Source of the DNA: Phoronis australis | Lineage: Eukaryota > Animalia > Phoronida | DNA length: 64,000 nucleotides | Assembly (NCBI GenBank): GCA_002633005.1 | Contig: NMRA01000002.1 | Coordinates: 951,278-1,015,277 of the forward strand | Reading direction: 5' to 3' | In this document: piece by piece, positions 37,200 through 48,580 of the stretch | Layout of the letters: the number at the start of each line of letters is the position of its first letter | Numbering within the stretch: the first letter of the stretch is position 1 | Notes under the pieces: model-generated | The model's input: only the letters and a program-made list of their open reading frames with translations | The model's database searches: none | Told to the model about the DNA's origin: nothing | Program-made: the position numbers and the translations under genes

Positions 37200-38482
37200 T
37201 TACCGGCACTCGTGCTTCGTGTGTGCTGTCTGCGTGCGGTACGATAGCGCTTCTTTATTGCCTTTTCCGAAAACATAAAGGTCGACGATGTAAGTCGTCC
37301 TGCGATCCAATCCCTGTACCCTGTAAGACTCTGGAGTAGGACTTTTGTTTTTGGCACGGTATTTTTTACAGAATATTCTGTGTCCACTTGGTTTGGTGCG
37401 AGATCCGCACTGTGTCCGTGACTGACCTGCCAAGGTACCTAAACTGTTCGTGAGTTTACGAACATATAGGCAGTAACGTTGGCGTTGTCGCCCAGCGAAC
37501 CATGCAACCGTGAATGAGTTACAGGTCGGCGAGAATATTTTTAGTTTAGTGTTTTTAGGTACATTCGGGTAAGGGTAGCCAGCTTTACGAGTGAAAACCC
37601 CCATTTTTAATGTTCTTAAATTTCTTTTGTTGTTCCTGATTTTGATATGATATTTTCCAGGCCGTACCTTTTTTAATTTTATGACTTTAAATCCCTTTAC
37701 CCTTCCTTGCTGTATGAGGCGTCTTCCTCTATATATTTCAACAGTCAGTTTCCCTTCTCCACACGGCTGTAAGCTTATTTTCACATGTTTAAACTTTTTT
37801 TTCAACGAGAAAGTATAAAATGATGTACTCCTGTAGGGCGTGTCTTTCACGCGCACAATGTGCGTTTTTCCAGTCTTTAACTCCGTTGACTCCTTTGGAG
37901 GTTTTGTGACGTATTTAGCGCCACCGTAAGTAGTGCTACGGTTATTGTATAAACTAACAGCAAACACGTCAAAATAGTACAAGGTACTGGGCTCTAATCT
38001 CAATACGTCGTACACTGTCCGATTCCTTAGGCATTCCATGTACGATTGGCCAGGTGGCGCTGGTTCTAATGGCGCGATTTTATACTTTTGCCACTTAAAT
38101 CGGATTCCAGGGAGTGATATTGGTTTATCGCCAAAAATGTTCGCTGACGCTGAGCAGTATGAACGGAATTGTTTTCTAGTGTTTACTGAAACACAGTACT
38201 TTACAGGATGATTGTGCGAAGTTGTCGCAACAGCAGCTTGCCAAGACAAACGAACACTGGATCGATCTAGAGATTCCACTTTAACACTTGTGTCCGAGAT
38301 TTTTGGATAACAGCTCGTTTCATCGTAAATTCTTGTTGTAGCCAGGATCTTGAGACTACTGTCGCGATCCAGCGACGTCAAACTTATAATGTATGCTCCT
38401 GATCTGGGCTTATCGACATTGTACGTTTGAACTAGATCGCCATTGTAGGAAGTCACGAGGTTGCCGGGCGATGTGGTGTTTT
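37200..38482 (-). CDS. NDNF: NDNF homologue, large terminal coding exon (two FN3-like domains and NDNF C-terminus)
   Basis: Acceptor aaattttccttttAG at 38484-38483, phase 1; the ORF-track start at 38522 is intronic. NDNF-type motifs: YCVSVN...SYCSA, LEPSTLYYFDVF, TCNSFTVAW, RYCLY, GL...TYIVDLYV and a terminal Cys. Spliced CDS = 173+104+1283 = 1560 nt (519 aa). Confidence 0.95.
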
Positions 38483-39361
38483 CTAAAAGGAAAATTTGAG
38501 ATGGCATTGAGAGCAATGACAAGCAAACAGGAAATTAAAATGATTGGGCCACAAACATAGTCAACGTCAACAAGCGCTGCCTTCGGATGCCGCCGCATTT
38601 GCTACTCTACAACCTTCACTTTGTCTGTCTGTCTAGGTTTTGGTATTGACGCATGTAATTATTAAGGGCCTCCTCATTACAGCGTTCTGTCGTTCAGTAA
38701 CTTTTCCAGAAGTGAGGGGTGCTGAACGTGCGATAACATCTAGCTCTTTTGTTAACTGCCCAGATGAGTCTTTTGTCCCGTATGATAACAAGCAGGCCAA
38801 TTATCTCCCATACGGAACGCGTATTCAGAACACTGTCAAACCCAGTGCCTTGGTAATCCGTTTGGACACAATAGATTGACTTAAATTTTGTTGTAGTTTG
38901 GGCGATTTTGGTGATTCAAAAACTGAACATGATCAGCATTTGACGAGGAAGTCAGAAATGCTATGGGTTCAAGCTCAAATATGTTATAACTTAACTTCCA
39001 TTTTTATCAGCCCAGCCCAGACAGGCTAGATAGGCCTACGATCTGATCGGAGATTAGAACAATTATCGAACAAAAGAGCGCAGACCCTCCAACCATAAGT
39101 GCCAGAATGGAGTTAATCAGTCGTGTAAGATATTGGCTACGGGGGTAAACTTCCCAACTCGTTGTTGGGCTATAGAATCGAACAAGATGGGAGCAACGAG
39201 ATGTCGCCGTCATGTACGGCTTGAATGACCATTTGCAAAACTTGCTCGACCAAAGTTGGCTACGTTTTATGGAACACCTTTGAGGTACAAATACTTACGT
39301 TAATTATGAAATACGAGTGTCGAATTTCAAACTAGGAACACCTGCGGGAAGAAAGACTTAC

Positions 39362-39465
39362 GTGGTTGATCAAGAGTTCGGAAGTAAATGCTCCACTTTA
39401 AAGACGAAGCACAAGGCGTCACAGTAATAGACAATGCGTCCGCTTCTCGCACGATAAAGTATTGT
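39362..39465 (-). CDS. NDNF: NDNF homologue, coding exon 2 (104 nt; this reading frame is not in the ORF track)
   Basis: Acceptor ttttcAG and donor C|GTAAGT, phase 2 in and phase 1 out, matching both neighbours. Reads (R)QYFIVREADALSITVTPCASSLKWSIYFRTLDQP, matching the NDNF motif RYFF...LSVTVTPC...LEW. Confidence 0.9.
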
Positions 39466-39489
39466 CTGAAAATATAAGTGCATGACAAT

Positions 39490-40010
39490 CAAGTCCGAAG
39501 GATCATAAATCTGAATGTTCACAAGTCTGACAAAACTTAAGAATTCAGTTAATCGGAAATAAGCCCGAAAGTTCACAGGTCCAACATTTAAAAAGTCCAA
39601 AGGTCCCATATATTACTAAGGCAAAAAAATGGTTCCAGGTGATCAGTGCAATGGGCCCATCTAAACGGTCTACGCACGTCTGGTACAACGTGTATCAGAC
39701 CGCCTGCAATAATTTTTTGTCGAAGATCAATAAGTTCGAAACATCGAAAACTTTTAATGCGCATTTGTCAAAAGCGAAGGTACAAAGATGTTTTGGGAGT
39801 CAATGAAAATGCTAATTTTTTATGATTGCGACAATTAGAGCTTAGCGCACCATGTAAACCGTTGTTGAAAACTTCCTCTAGCATCGTTCAACGTCATAGT
39901 GAAACCAAACTTGTAAATTTCTGTCTCGTGAACCTTCCGACCATCTGGACTTTTAAACCTTCGGACTTGTGGACTTTTGGACCAGTGGACAACGGCGTAC
40001 TGACACCCGC
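39490..40010. mobile_element. Decayed element with inverted subterminal short repeats in an NDNF intron
   Basis: Clustered gtccgaagg/gtccaaagg motifs at left and ccttcggac/cttttggac motifs at right. Confidence 0.45.
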
Positions 40011-40333
40011 TGGGGCCACCTTTATAGCGGCAAGTGGGCATGAAAGTCTAAGGCGGGTGCATTGTAGGCTTTAAAACTTGTAACCTATCGAGGACAATGC
40101 ACGGGTGATTGACCTCAATTCCTTTATGTAAAAAAGTCAGGGACATCTCTAAAACTTGTATACTGTAGCCGTTTTCCCGTTGGCCATGCCTCGTGGGCGG
40201 GGGAAGACGTTCCTGAGACCTGCATATGTATATAATTATTATATCTTTGTATGAAAGTGGCTCACTTCATTTCCCTCCTGCCCTTAGGAAATTCCACCCA
40301 TGGTGCAAACTACTGAAAACTCTCGATACGAAC

Positions 40334-40506
40334 CTCACTTCCTTTCCTTGGCGTTGGAATATTGTAGCTTCGTATCCGTCCGGAAGAATATACGTGTTGT
40401 TGTACTTCTCAAATGTGTAACGTTTAAAATTCGGCGGTACTTTCTGCGGCGTTATCCTGTCAAACAGGATGACCATACATAAAATGGACGCCAAGAGGAA
40501 TGCCAT
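40334..40506 (-). CDS. NDNF: NDNF (neuron-derived neurotrophic factor / Nord) homologue, coding exon 1 with signal peptide
   Basis: MAFLLASILCMVILF hydrophobic signal-like segment, then QKVP...ILPDGYEA, resembling vertebrate QKLP...VIPDGAEI. Upstream acceptor tttgcAG at 40527-40526 implies a 5'UTR exon further right. Phase-2 donor GAG|GTTCGT. Confidence 0.88.
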
Positions 40507-40633
40507 CGTAAGGATTTCATTGGGTCTGCAAAGTAATGTGACATACGCATTAGAATACATTCATCAAATTGCATCATTGGCCTCACTTGGTTGACTTCGC
40601 CGCTTCCGCTGGGCGGTTTACAGACCAATCAGC

Positions 40634-40780
40634 CTCCCGTTCAGTAACGCTAGGACCTCGCTAAAAAGCAAGACTTCGCGAGATTACGTGAGATATTGCC
40701 GTGTATTTTAAATGAGAACACGTGACTTTGACTAGGTTTTAGCAAGGTCCTAGCGTAGGTTCTACGTCTACTGAACGCAC
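40634..40780 (-). mobile_element. 147-bp MITE, copy 2, just upstream of the first NDNF coding exon
   Basis: Reverse complement of 6234-6380 (gacttcgcgagattacgtgagatattgccgtgtatt is identical). Confidence 0.85.
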
Positions 40781-43700
40781 GCCTGGTGTCTAAGTCGGTT
40801 GACCCGGCGGAACCGGCGTAGCCAATCAAGTGCAGCCATTGACGCTTAAGATCGCAATGGGCAGGCCCTCAGGGGAGAAATTCATTGGGTATACAAAAAT
40901 TGACTAAACTGTCTTTGTCAAACTATGTCCCCTTTAAAAGATCGTTAGCCATTCCGATTCCACCGACGTTGCCACAAATTTCAAAATTCCCTTATAGTCT
41001 GCCAGTCCAGCAGTCGTTGTTTCAGAAAGCTGAATATGCAAAAGAACTGGCACAACTAGTGTTTTTAGAATAAGCATTGCGGTTGCTTACGAACAGAACC
41101 AAAACTCACATGTTGGTTTCATGTATGTTTTGCGATGCCCGCCTATCAAAATGTAACACTTCTTTATCTGCAAAACATTTGTGGTTAATGTTAATCTGTA
41201 AACATAACATTCATAAAGATAAGATGGCCTCCTTCTTTCTCGACGCAAAATGCACGGCGCGTGCTGGTTATAAACAAGATTGCCAAAAGGTTATCTACAG
41301 CGACGGGCAAACGTGCTGTGATGTGTCAGGGCGTCTGCAATTGATTCCGTTTGTACCGAATGACCCTTGATCTATTTTGCATTTTGACTATGTTGATTCT
41401 GTGTTCGAGACTGTTCGAAATAAATCCTTTCTTCAATCAAAACACGAATAGAAATGGAACATCTCGAAAATAACAACCACGTGTGCATATACTTTTTTAC
41501 TGTTGGCTTTTCAAAAATCGTTAAAATGAAATTCGGTGTCACTCAGCTGGGGTTGCCACTTTGTTGGAGCACCTCCAGAAATTATGAAATTTTAACATGC
41601 TTCATTGAATTCTGTTTAATTTGAAAACAATCATGATGAAAGAGCATAATAAGACTCCAAGGTTTGATATTTTTTCGCTAAAATTAGGTCGTTTTAAGAC
41701 TCTTAAGCTAAGTTGAAATGAAACCTGGCGAAAGAATCATTTGCCATTTGGCATCATGTGTAATTATTGAACAGTACTTGGCTCACAATATTAAATAATG
41801 AAGTTCATTTTATTTATCTAATACGCCAACAGTGTACGTATTTGTTGGTCCCGAACATATGTACAAGTACAGAATCCCGGGTTGCTCATCCCCCCTTAGG
41901 TCGAGTGTCCATCTGTGTTTATCACATTATATCCTATATTCTGGTGAGATTTTTCAAAAAAAATTCACCACGACGGTTGTTGATGTGAAATGGCATCCTA
42001 ATGTAGGGGTGTTTAGTCATACCAACCTTCATGTGTTTTCTAGCTAACCTCATATCTATTATTGCAGCTTTGGGATAAAAATTGGACATTAAAGTCATCC
42101 ATGTTTGGGGTGGAACCATTTATTTTGCAAAAATTAGATCAAGTCGAAATCGCAAACTTCAAATTGGAATAAACCCATTCAGAGACGATGAATATGTCTT
42201 CTGAAACGATCAATGAAATCTATTCTGTTCATTGTAATTAGAAACACAAATTCGCCGAATTAAAAAAGGCCAAACAGTGCTTGTCGAAGAAGACGCAGCA
42301 TGGGGCGAGAGTTAGCATTCCTAATAATTAGTGTGTAATTAAATTACAAATCATAATGGACCGAATGCAGTTCATCGGTTGGTTCACTGAGAAGGTTTGC
42401 TACAATTCACTCCTGTGTGAAATTTGCGATTTCGGATTGACGCCAGCTGCTGGCGAAGACCGAACTTCAAGCTCCCGGTATCCTTAATGTTATGCTCTCC
42501 TGCAAAGCGATGCACTAAATCGAATCTTAGCCGATGTTGAGGGCCTTATCGCTTACTAATGCCATTTTTTCTCAAATCTAGGATGGTTGTATGAGCTGCC
42601 ACATAAGCGCGTGTTTAGACATACCGTTGACACGGAACGAAATAATCGGGTGCAACCTAGTCTATCCTATAAACTGGTCACAAAAGTGATATCAACTCCT
42701 TCCGTTTCAACTTCTGTTGACACAGCAGTTGTGCCGTGTCAACTCATTTCAGCTGTTCCACGTCAACTAGTGTCGGGTAAATGCGACTTTGGGCAGACGA
42801 ATTTTGAGTAGGCGACGATTTTCTGTCTGTTGGTGACCTCATAATGGACGAGAGAAAATCCAAATAGGCGCCTTAATGCGGTTTCTTTGAGGGCAATGCA
42901 ATGCAATCTTTATGAATGAACTGATCGACTAATGTTGCCACAGATTTGCTGCGTTACTCATGCAATAAAGTTGCCATTCAATTATCGCACATCCTCAGGC
43001 ATGTCAGCTTCTTACAACATCCTTGGGGGGACAAGATTATTGATACATGTACGACGAAGATAAAAGAAACTCAATAGAAAAGACTCAGAACTGAAGGTGG
43101 ATTACATTGGTTCCTAGATTACACCAAATACCAGTTGATTTCATAAAAAGTATCCCTTCTGGAAAAAATAACATTGATAGTGCCTCGCGACGCTGTTTCG
43201 CTGTTTATTTTGAAATTTTAAACGAAGCACTTGAGATCAAAACTATCACCACAATAGGGGACTTTTAATATTGACGCTCTCTAGAGTAATGAGAGCACGA
43301 AAGTGACTTCCGATTGATTCCGACTCAAAGTAGGTGGACAGGACTTCAATTACTACATAGGGGTTCGTAAGTAGAACAGCAGAGGAAAAAATTCCACTGT
43401 CGGACATTCCAGTTGTTCGATCGAAATTATCCTGCTTTATCAGCGGCAGCCACTGGCTTTGTCGTGGATGCAACTTCGCAGTGGGACATGTATGGAACAT
43501 GACGCCCTTGTTCATCAATTGGTATTTCAAAAGGTTTTACATCTTTTCGTAAGGTACATCCCACCGCGCACCAGATGTAATTAGCTGGCATTAGAATAGC
43601 AGAAAAGGTTTCAAAACCCTGTTTATACCAGTAGGTTGAAACCTCCCGTCCTCATTTCACGGGTTCTGTGAGTAGCGCTGAGCGCTTGTCTAACACCCTG

Positions 43701-44794
43701 GCGCGGGTTAGTGAATTTCAAAATGGCGTGGCTATTTCCAAGAGTCAGCTATTTGTCTGCTTTTGAATTATTGCCGAATGAGCTTACAAAACGGATAACC
43801 CGTACATACACCATTTTCGAATTCGCAATTTCAAGGTTGCGTTTTCATTGCCAAATTCCCTTTTCGTTCTTGCCACTGAGTACTGAAAAAATGTAGTTTT
43901 AACTGCAACAGATCCTGACGGCCGACGGTATCTTGCCTGCTGCTTCAACAGTACAACAAGCTGAGGTGAGACTTCCACTCCAGGCGGACGAGTTGTTAAT
44001 GATGGGTGCGTTACACAGGCAATGTGAGAAAATATGTTTGTGGAGGAAGTGTTTATTGACCACCTGAATTGAGACCTCACAGCAGGCAAGCAACGTAAAG
44101 CTACTCCATCACATTTCACAAGTCTCAGGAATTTAACAGGACACCTGAAAACACCTGGTAATCTCCCTGTTCATAATCCACTTTGAAAACAATTTATGCC
44201 AAATCCTGCCACCTGCCGTTTTACTAGTTTACGAATCAAAATGCCAGTAAGGCGGCGATGACGTAAGAAGAATAATTTTGCCTAAATGCCATACCGAGCA
44301 TTATATACTTGTACCGACATCAAGCAGACAAAACACAAACCCAAACAAGTCTCAACAACTCAATTAATGCGGAATAGTTTTCACGTGAGCGTGTTTGTAT
44401 GAACTGTCCCACACACTATCTATAACCTATAATTTGATCCGTGACTGATCTACGGGTACATTTCCCCCACCCACGGGCGAAGGAAGCGAGGGACGGAGAG
44501 ACAATCAAAACAATGGGTACGGAGATAAGTCACCCTAGGCGAATGATAATTGAGAAATTACAGCTGTAGTAGCAAAATGTTTTGCTATATAACAATTCGA
44601 AGTTACAATTATTTTACGGCAGAAAAAAGCGTTTTTGTGATTATACACTTTTTGACCAGATGTTATCAAAATAAAAAACATCCGTTGTGTTTTATGATTT
44701 TATTACAAATCTGTCAATTTTTCGACCTTTTCTGCCAGACATTAGGTGAAATCAAGGTAGCTGACTTAAGCACTCAAATACCATTTATCTTCTG

Positions 44795-44912
44795 GGATCT
44801 AGCTCCGCCTGCAGTGGAACGGTTTGAATGCAACCGCGAAGGTTATAGCTAGGTTGAAATCTACGCCGGGGTGATCTAAATCAGTTATCTCGCCGATAAT
44901 GTCACTTTCACT
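44795..44912 (+). mobile_element. tRNA-derived SINE fragment, copy 1
   Basis: Decayed tRNA-like head (ggttgaaatc) followed by tctcgccgataatgtca, which is shared with the inverted copy near 47.95 kb. Confidence 0.5.
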
Positions 44913-45500
44913 TTAAAAGTTTTGAACCTCATGTCTTGTATTAAAATTGAAAATTGCAGTGATCTTATGGGAAGTGTTTTATGAAACGTTCTTAATTGAA
45001 TGGTCCTGTGTGTTGTGTTTATTTAAACCGGGTTAAAAGCGATATTTCTTTCCGTCCACGAATTCCCTCGTTTCCCTCAAGCCTTGTTTATTTTTAAAAA
45101 TTAAACTCTTCCACAAAAAAATAAACAAAATGGATGAAGGATGGCTCGAAATGTGTCATTGTAAACCTACCCCCATTTTATGGGGAGGGAGTGCCAAACC
45201 CCTCCAATGCTTCCCCCACCCCCACCCCTCTCGTTTTGAAGCCATTTGTGCGAACCCGCTCCGACCCTCCCATTTACTCTGTAAGCCGACACTAGCGTGC
45301 ACTGCCTTACTGATATTTGATCAGTTATCTCCATGTGTGAGTATCTTCAGACGAAAAAGGCATGGCAATAAAAGCATTGACAACTAAAAATTTATGTTTT
45401 TGATAACTGGTCTTCATCTCTGTTTCTTCTTTTATTTAGAAACTTATCCGATAACCGAGATTTTCGAGGCGTTACCTGAATTCCCAGGCTGTCGTAATGA

Positions 45501-46607
45501 TCTACCACTCGGTCCTACGGCAACCTGATTGTTAAGGACATCAAGAAAGATTCTGTACCCTTTAAGAGCTTATTCATGTACCTTTAACTCTCGACTTAAA
45601 ACGGTTTTTGAGGAAATGTTTTAGCGGACTCGAGAAATGTGGATTTGCAGGGTTGTTGTCCGGAATTTCTTTGTGGACGGTCTCATAGTCTAGCCGGTTT
45701 CGCCACCTGGTGACTGCCGTTCAAATACATGCTGCAGACCGTACAAATTCTGTCGTGTTTTTAAAGTAAAGAAATGTCTAGTCCATTTACAACCGGACTA
45801 ATGAGTCAAAACAGAGATTCTTTGAAAAGTGTTATGTTAAAATATGCAAGGTCGTAGCATACTCTGTTACTCTGATGATGTAGTCTATCTGCGTTATCCA
45901 AGTGTTACGTGGGCAGTCAATATGCGCATGTAAATCTCAATTACCTGTGATGAGAACTTGCGCATCTAAACGGCCCTGCATTCGCTGGGCTTTGACATAC
46001 AACAATACCGATTTGTTGGGTTCGATATATCCAGGGACTTCATTAATTAAGCANTCTACCACTCGGTCCTACGGCAACCTGATTGTTAAGGACATCAAGA
46101 AAGATTCTGTACCCTTTAAGATCTTATTCATGTACCTTTAACTCTCGACTTAAAACGGTTTTTGAGGAAATGTTTTAGCGGACTCGAGAAATGTGGATTT
46201 GCAGGGTTGTTGTCCGGAATTTCTTTGTGGACGGTCTCATAGTCTAGCCGGTTTCGCCACCTGGTGACTGCCGTTCAAATACATGCTGCAGACCGTACAA
46301 ATTCTGTCGTGTTTTTAAAGTAAAGAAATGTCTAGTCCATTTACAACCGGACTAATGAGTCAAAACAGAGATTCTTTGAAAAGTGTTATGTTAAAATATG
46401 CAAGGTCGTAGCATACTCTGTTACTCTGATGATGTAGTCTATCTGCGTTATCCAAGTGTTACGTGGGCAGTCAATATGCGCATGTAAATCTCAATTACCT
46501 GTGATGAGAACTTGCGCATCTAAACGGCCCTGCATTCGCTGGGCTTTGACATACAACAATACCGATTTGTTGGGTTCGATATATCCAGGGACTTCATTAA
46601 TTAAGCA
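45501..46607. repeat. 553-bp near-identical tandem duplication split by a single N (likely assembly artefact)
   Basis: 45501-46053 vs 46055-46607 with N at 46054. Confidence 0.9.
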
Positions 46608-47934
46608 ATTCACATTCACAACGATATCCCCATGTGGCGTGATTCAATCAATGACAGTACGAAGCCTAGTCGGCGATCAAACGATCAACGCCCATTATAT
46701 AAAAAGAGCCAGGAAGTTATCATGGTCAACCCAATGTGACGAAAATCCCTACACATTCATAAAGGGTAAAAACGTATTTTCGGTAAACAATGACGCTTCA
46801 TTATTTTTGTGTGTTTGTACTAAAGAGTCGAGTCAAGCCAGCCAGCAATGAGAAGCGCAGTATTTGTCTCAAACCTGGTTATTCTAATCCGATTTACCCC
46901 TGTCGGGCCCATAATGGGAAGATAACGTATGTATCACCTTTAGGCCATTACAGATAAAATGCATTTTCAGTCTGTTGATGAGGAACCTCAATCAGTAACC
47001 GAACAAGAGCATTTACCGCACGCGTTCTTGTTCGCAAAACGAGGGAAATGTTTCTAGATGTGTACCGCATACTCAAAACACTGGCGAATAAACCTTGTGC
47101 GATCATGCATTTCGATTGTAATATATGAGAATATCTCACAAATACTTACGTGCCTTTGGTTTTTTGATAGTATTTTGCGTATACAGAACACAGCCTAACG
47201 TACATGTAACGTAGCATCAATACTGAAGAATGACGTTCGGTAACATAACATGAATGGCCTACTGATGGTAGTCGTGTGAACTTGTTAGTTAATGTAGTTC
47301 AGTCGGCTGCAGCATAGACAAGGCACGCTGTTTTATTTTATTTCTTAATATTCATACAAGATTCCTGGCGGAAAAAACGTCTACAAGATAGGAACTTTAA
47401 GCCAAGGCACTGACCGTCCTATTTTACTTGGAGCCCTCAATAAACGCGTGGCTACTATAGTAATTTCTCAGACCACAATACCGCAATATACAAAGGACTC
47501 GGTACAAACCCATCCTATTAGAATCACCATTCTCGATAATATGGTACGATAACTTTTCCATGAACAAAAGTTGGCATATAGTGAATTCAAAAACATTCTC
47601 CGACTCCAAGTACTTCTGAGTCATTCAGTGTAAAATGAGAAAGTCATACAGGGGGAACCTACAGCTGTTGAAATTTACAAGCAGGTACGATCGAAGGAAG
47701 AGCGACAAAAATTAAAAAATATCAATGTCTGAAAACAGTCCTCCACTCTTTTCTACAGCTTCAAACGTGGAGAAGAAGAGTTTGTCCACTTACGAACCAA
47801 AAGATGAATTGGGGCATTTTTATTTTTTAAAACTACAAAAACGTCAGTGGTCATAGCTCGCCAATGCAAACTTTACTAGACACAATGAAAAACTTCGTTT
47901 TAACGATGATCAAAAGCTCATTTGGAAGGGAGAT

Positions 47935-48030
47935 GAATTGACATTATCGGCGAGAAAATGTTTAAGATCAGCCTCGGTGTGGAATCGAACCTGCAACATC
48001 CGCAGTCACAATTTAATGCTAACGAGTATT
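47935..48030 (-). mobile_element. tRNA-derived SINE fragment, copy 2
   Basis: Minus strand has a B-box GGTTCGATTCC followed by tctcgccgataatgtca. Confidence 0.55.
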
Positions 48031-48580
48031 TTGTAACGTCACCGGCCTTGATTTCAACGAATGCCTGGGAGACAACGACGACAATTGTCGATTTGTATTA
48101 AAATTACAAAACCTCAACAGATTTTGCTCTTTTATGGTCTAATCAATGGTAATAACTTCAAGGAGTCTATCACATCCAACGGTAAATCGCAAAATGAGTT
48201 TTTTGGCCGTTAAACAGACAATGCACCCTTAACATTGTGCAGGAAACAAAACCCTATCCTCACTATGTTCTTCAAGCAATGCGTGTAAGGATATCGATTC
48301 ACACTTCATGCAAATCACGACCAGACGGCCGAGGAATTCCCAGTCAATAAAAAAGCATACCTCGGTTTGTTTACTTCGGGCCTTGTATTGATATATCAAA
48401 ATGGGTAGTATTTTAGTCACAACCAGAGGGATACCATTGTGCGGGACAATAAAATTATTGACAGAAATGCCTAGGATAAAATTAACACCTAAATGTCATT
48501 CGGAGGAAACACAATAATCGAATGCAAATTCTTTGCAACAAAAGATCCAAGTCAAAACAGTAGAAAGTGCTGACCTAGAT

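Noticed and set aside
38483-38522. ORF-track start of the 440-aa ORF as the NDNF initiation site
   Set aside because: This stretch is the intronic polypyrimidine tract and acceptor; homology continues in upstream exons.
39299-39341. Extra NDNF micro-exon (ttcccgcAG ... GTAAGT on -)
   Set aside because: It would need a 20-nt intron after exon 2; reading through to this donor hits a stop; exons 2 and 3 already join in frame.
45872-45900. CTGATGA plus short stem as another hammerhead
   Set aside because: The required GAAA core is absent.
47968-48030. B-box GGTTCGATTCC as a tRNA gene
   Set aside because: No intact cloverleaf, and it shares a 3' tail with a second dispersed copy, so it is a SINE fragment.
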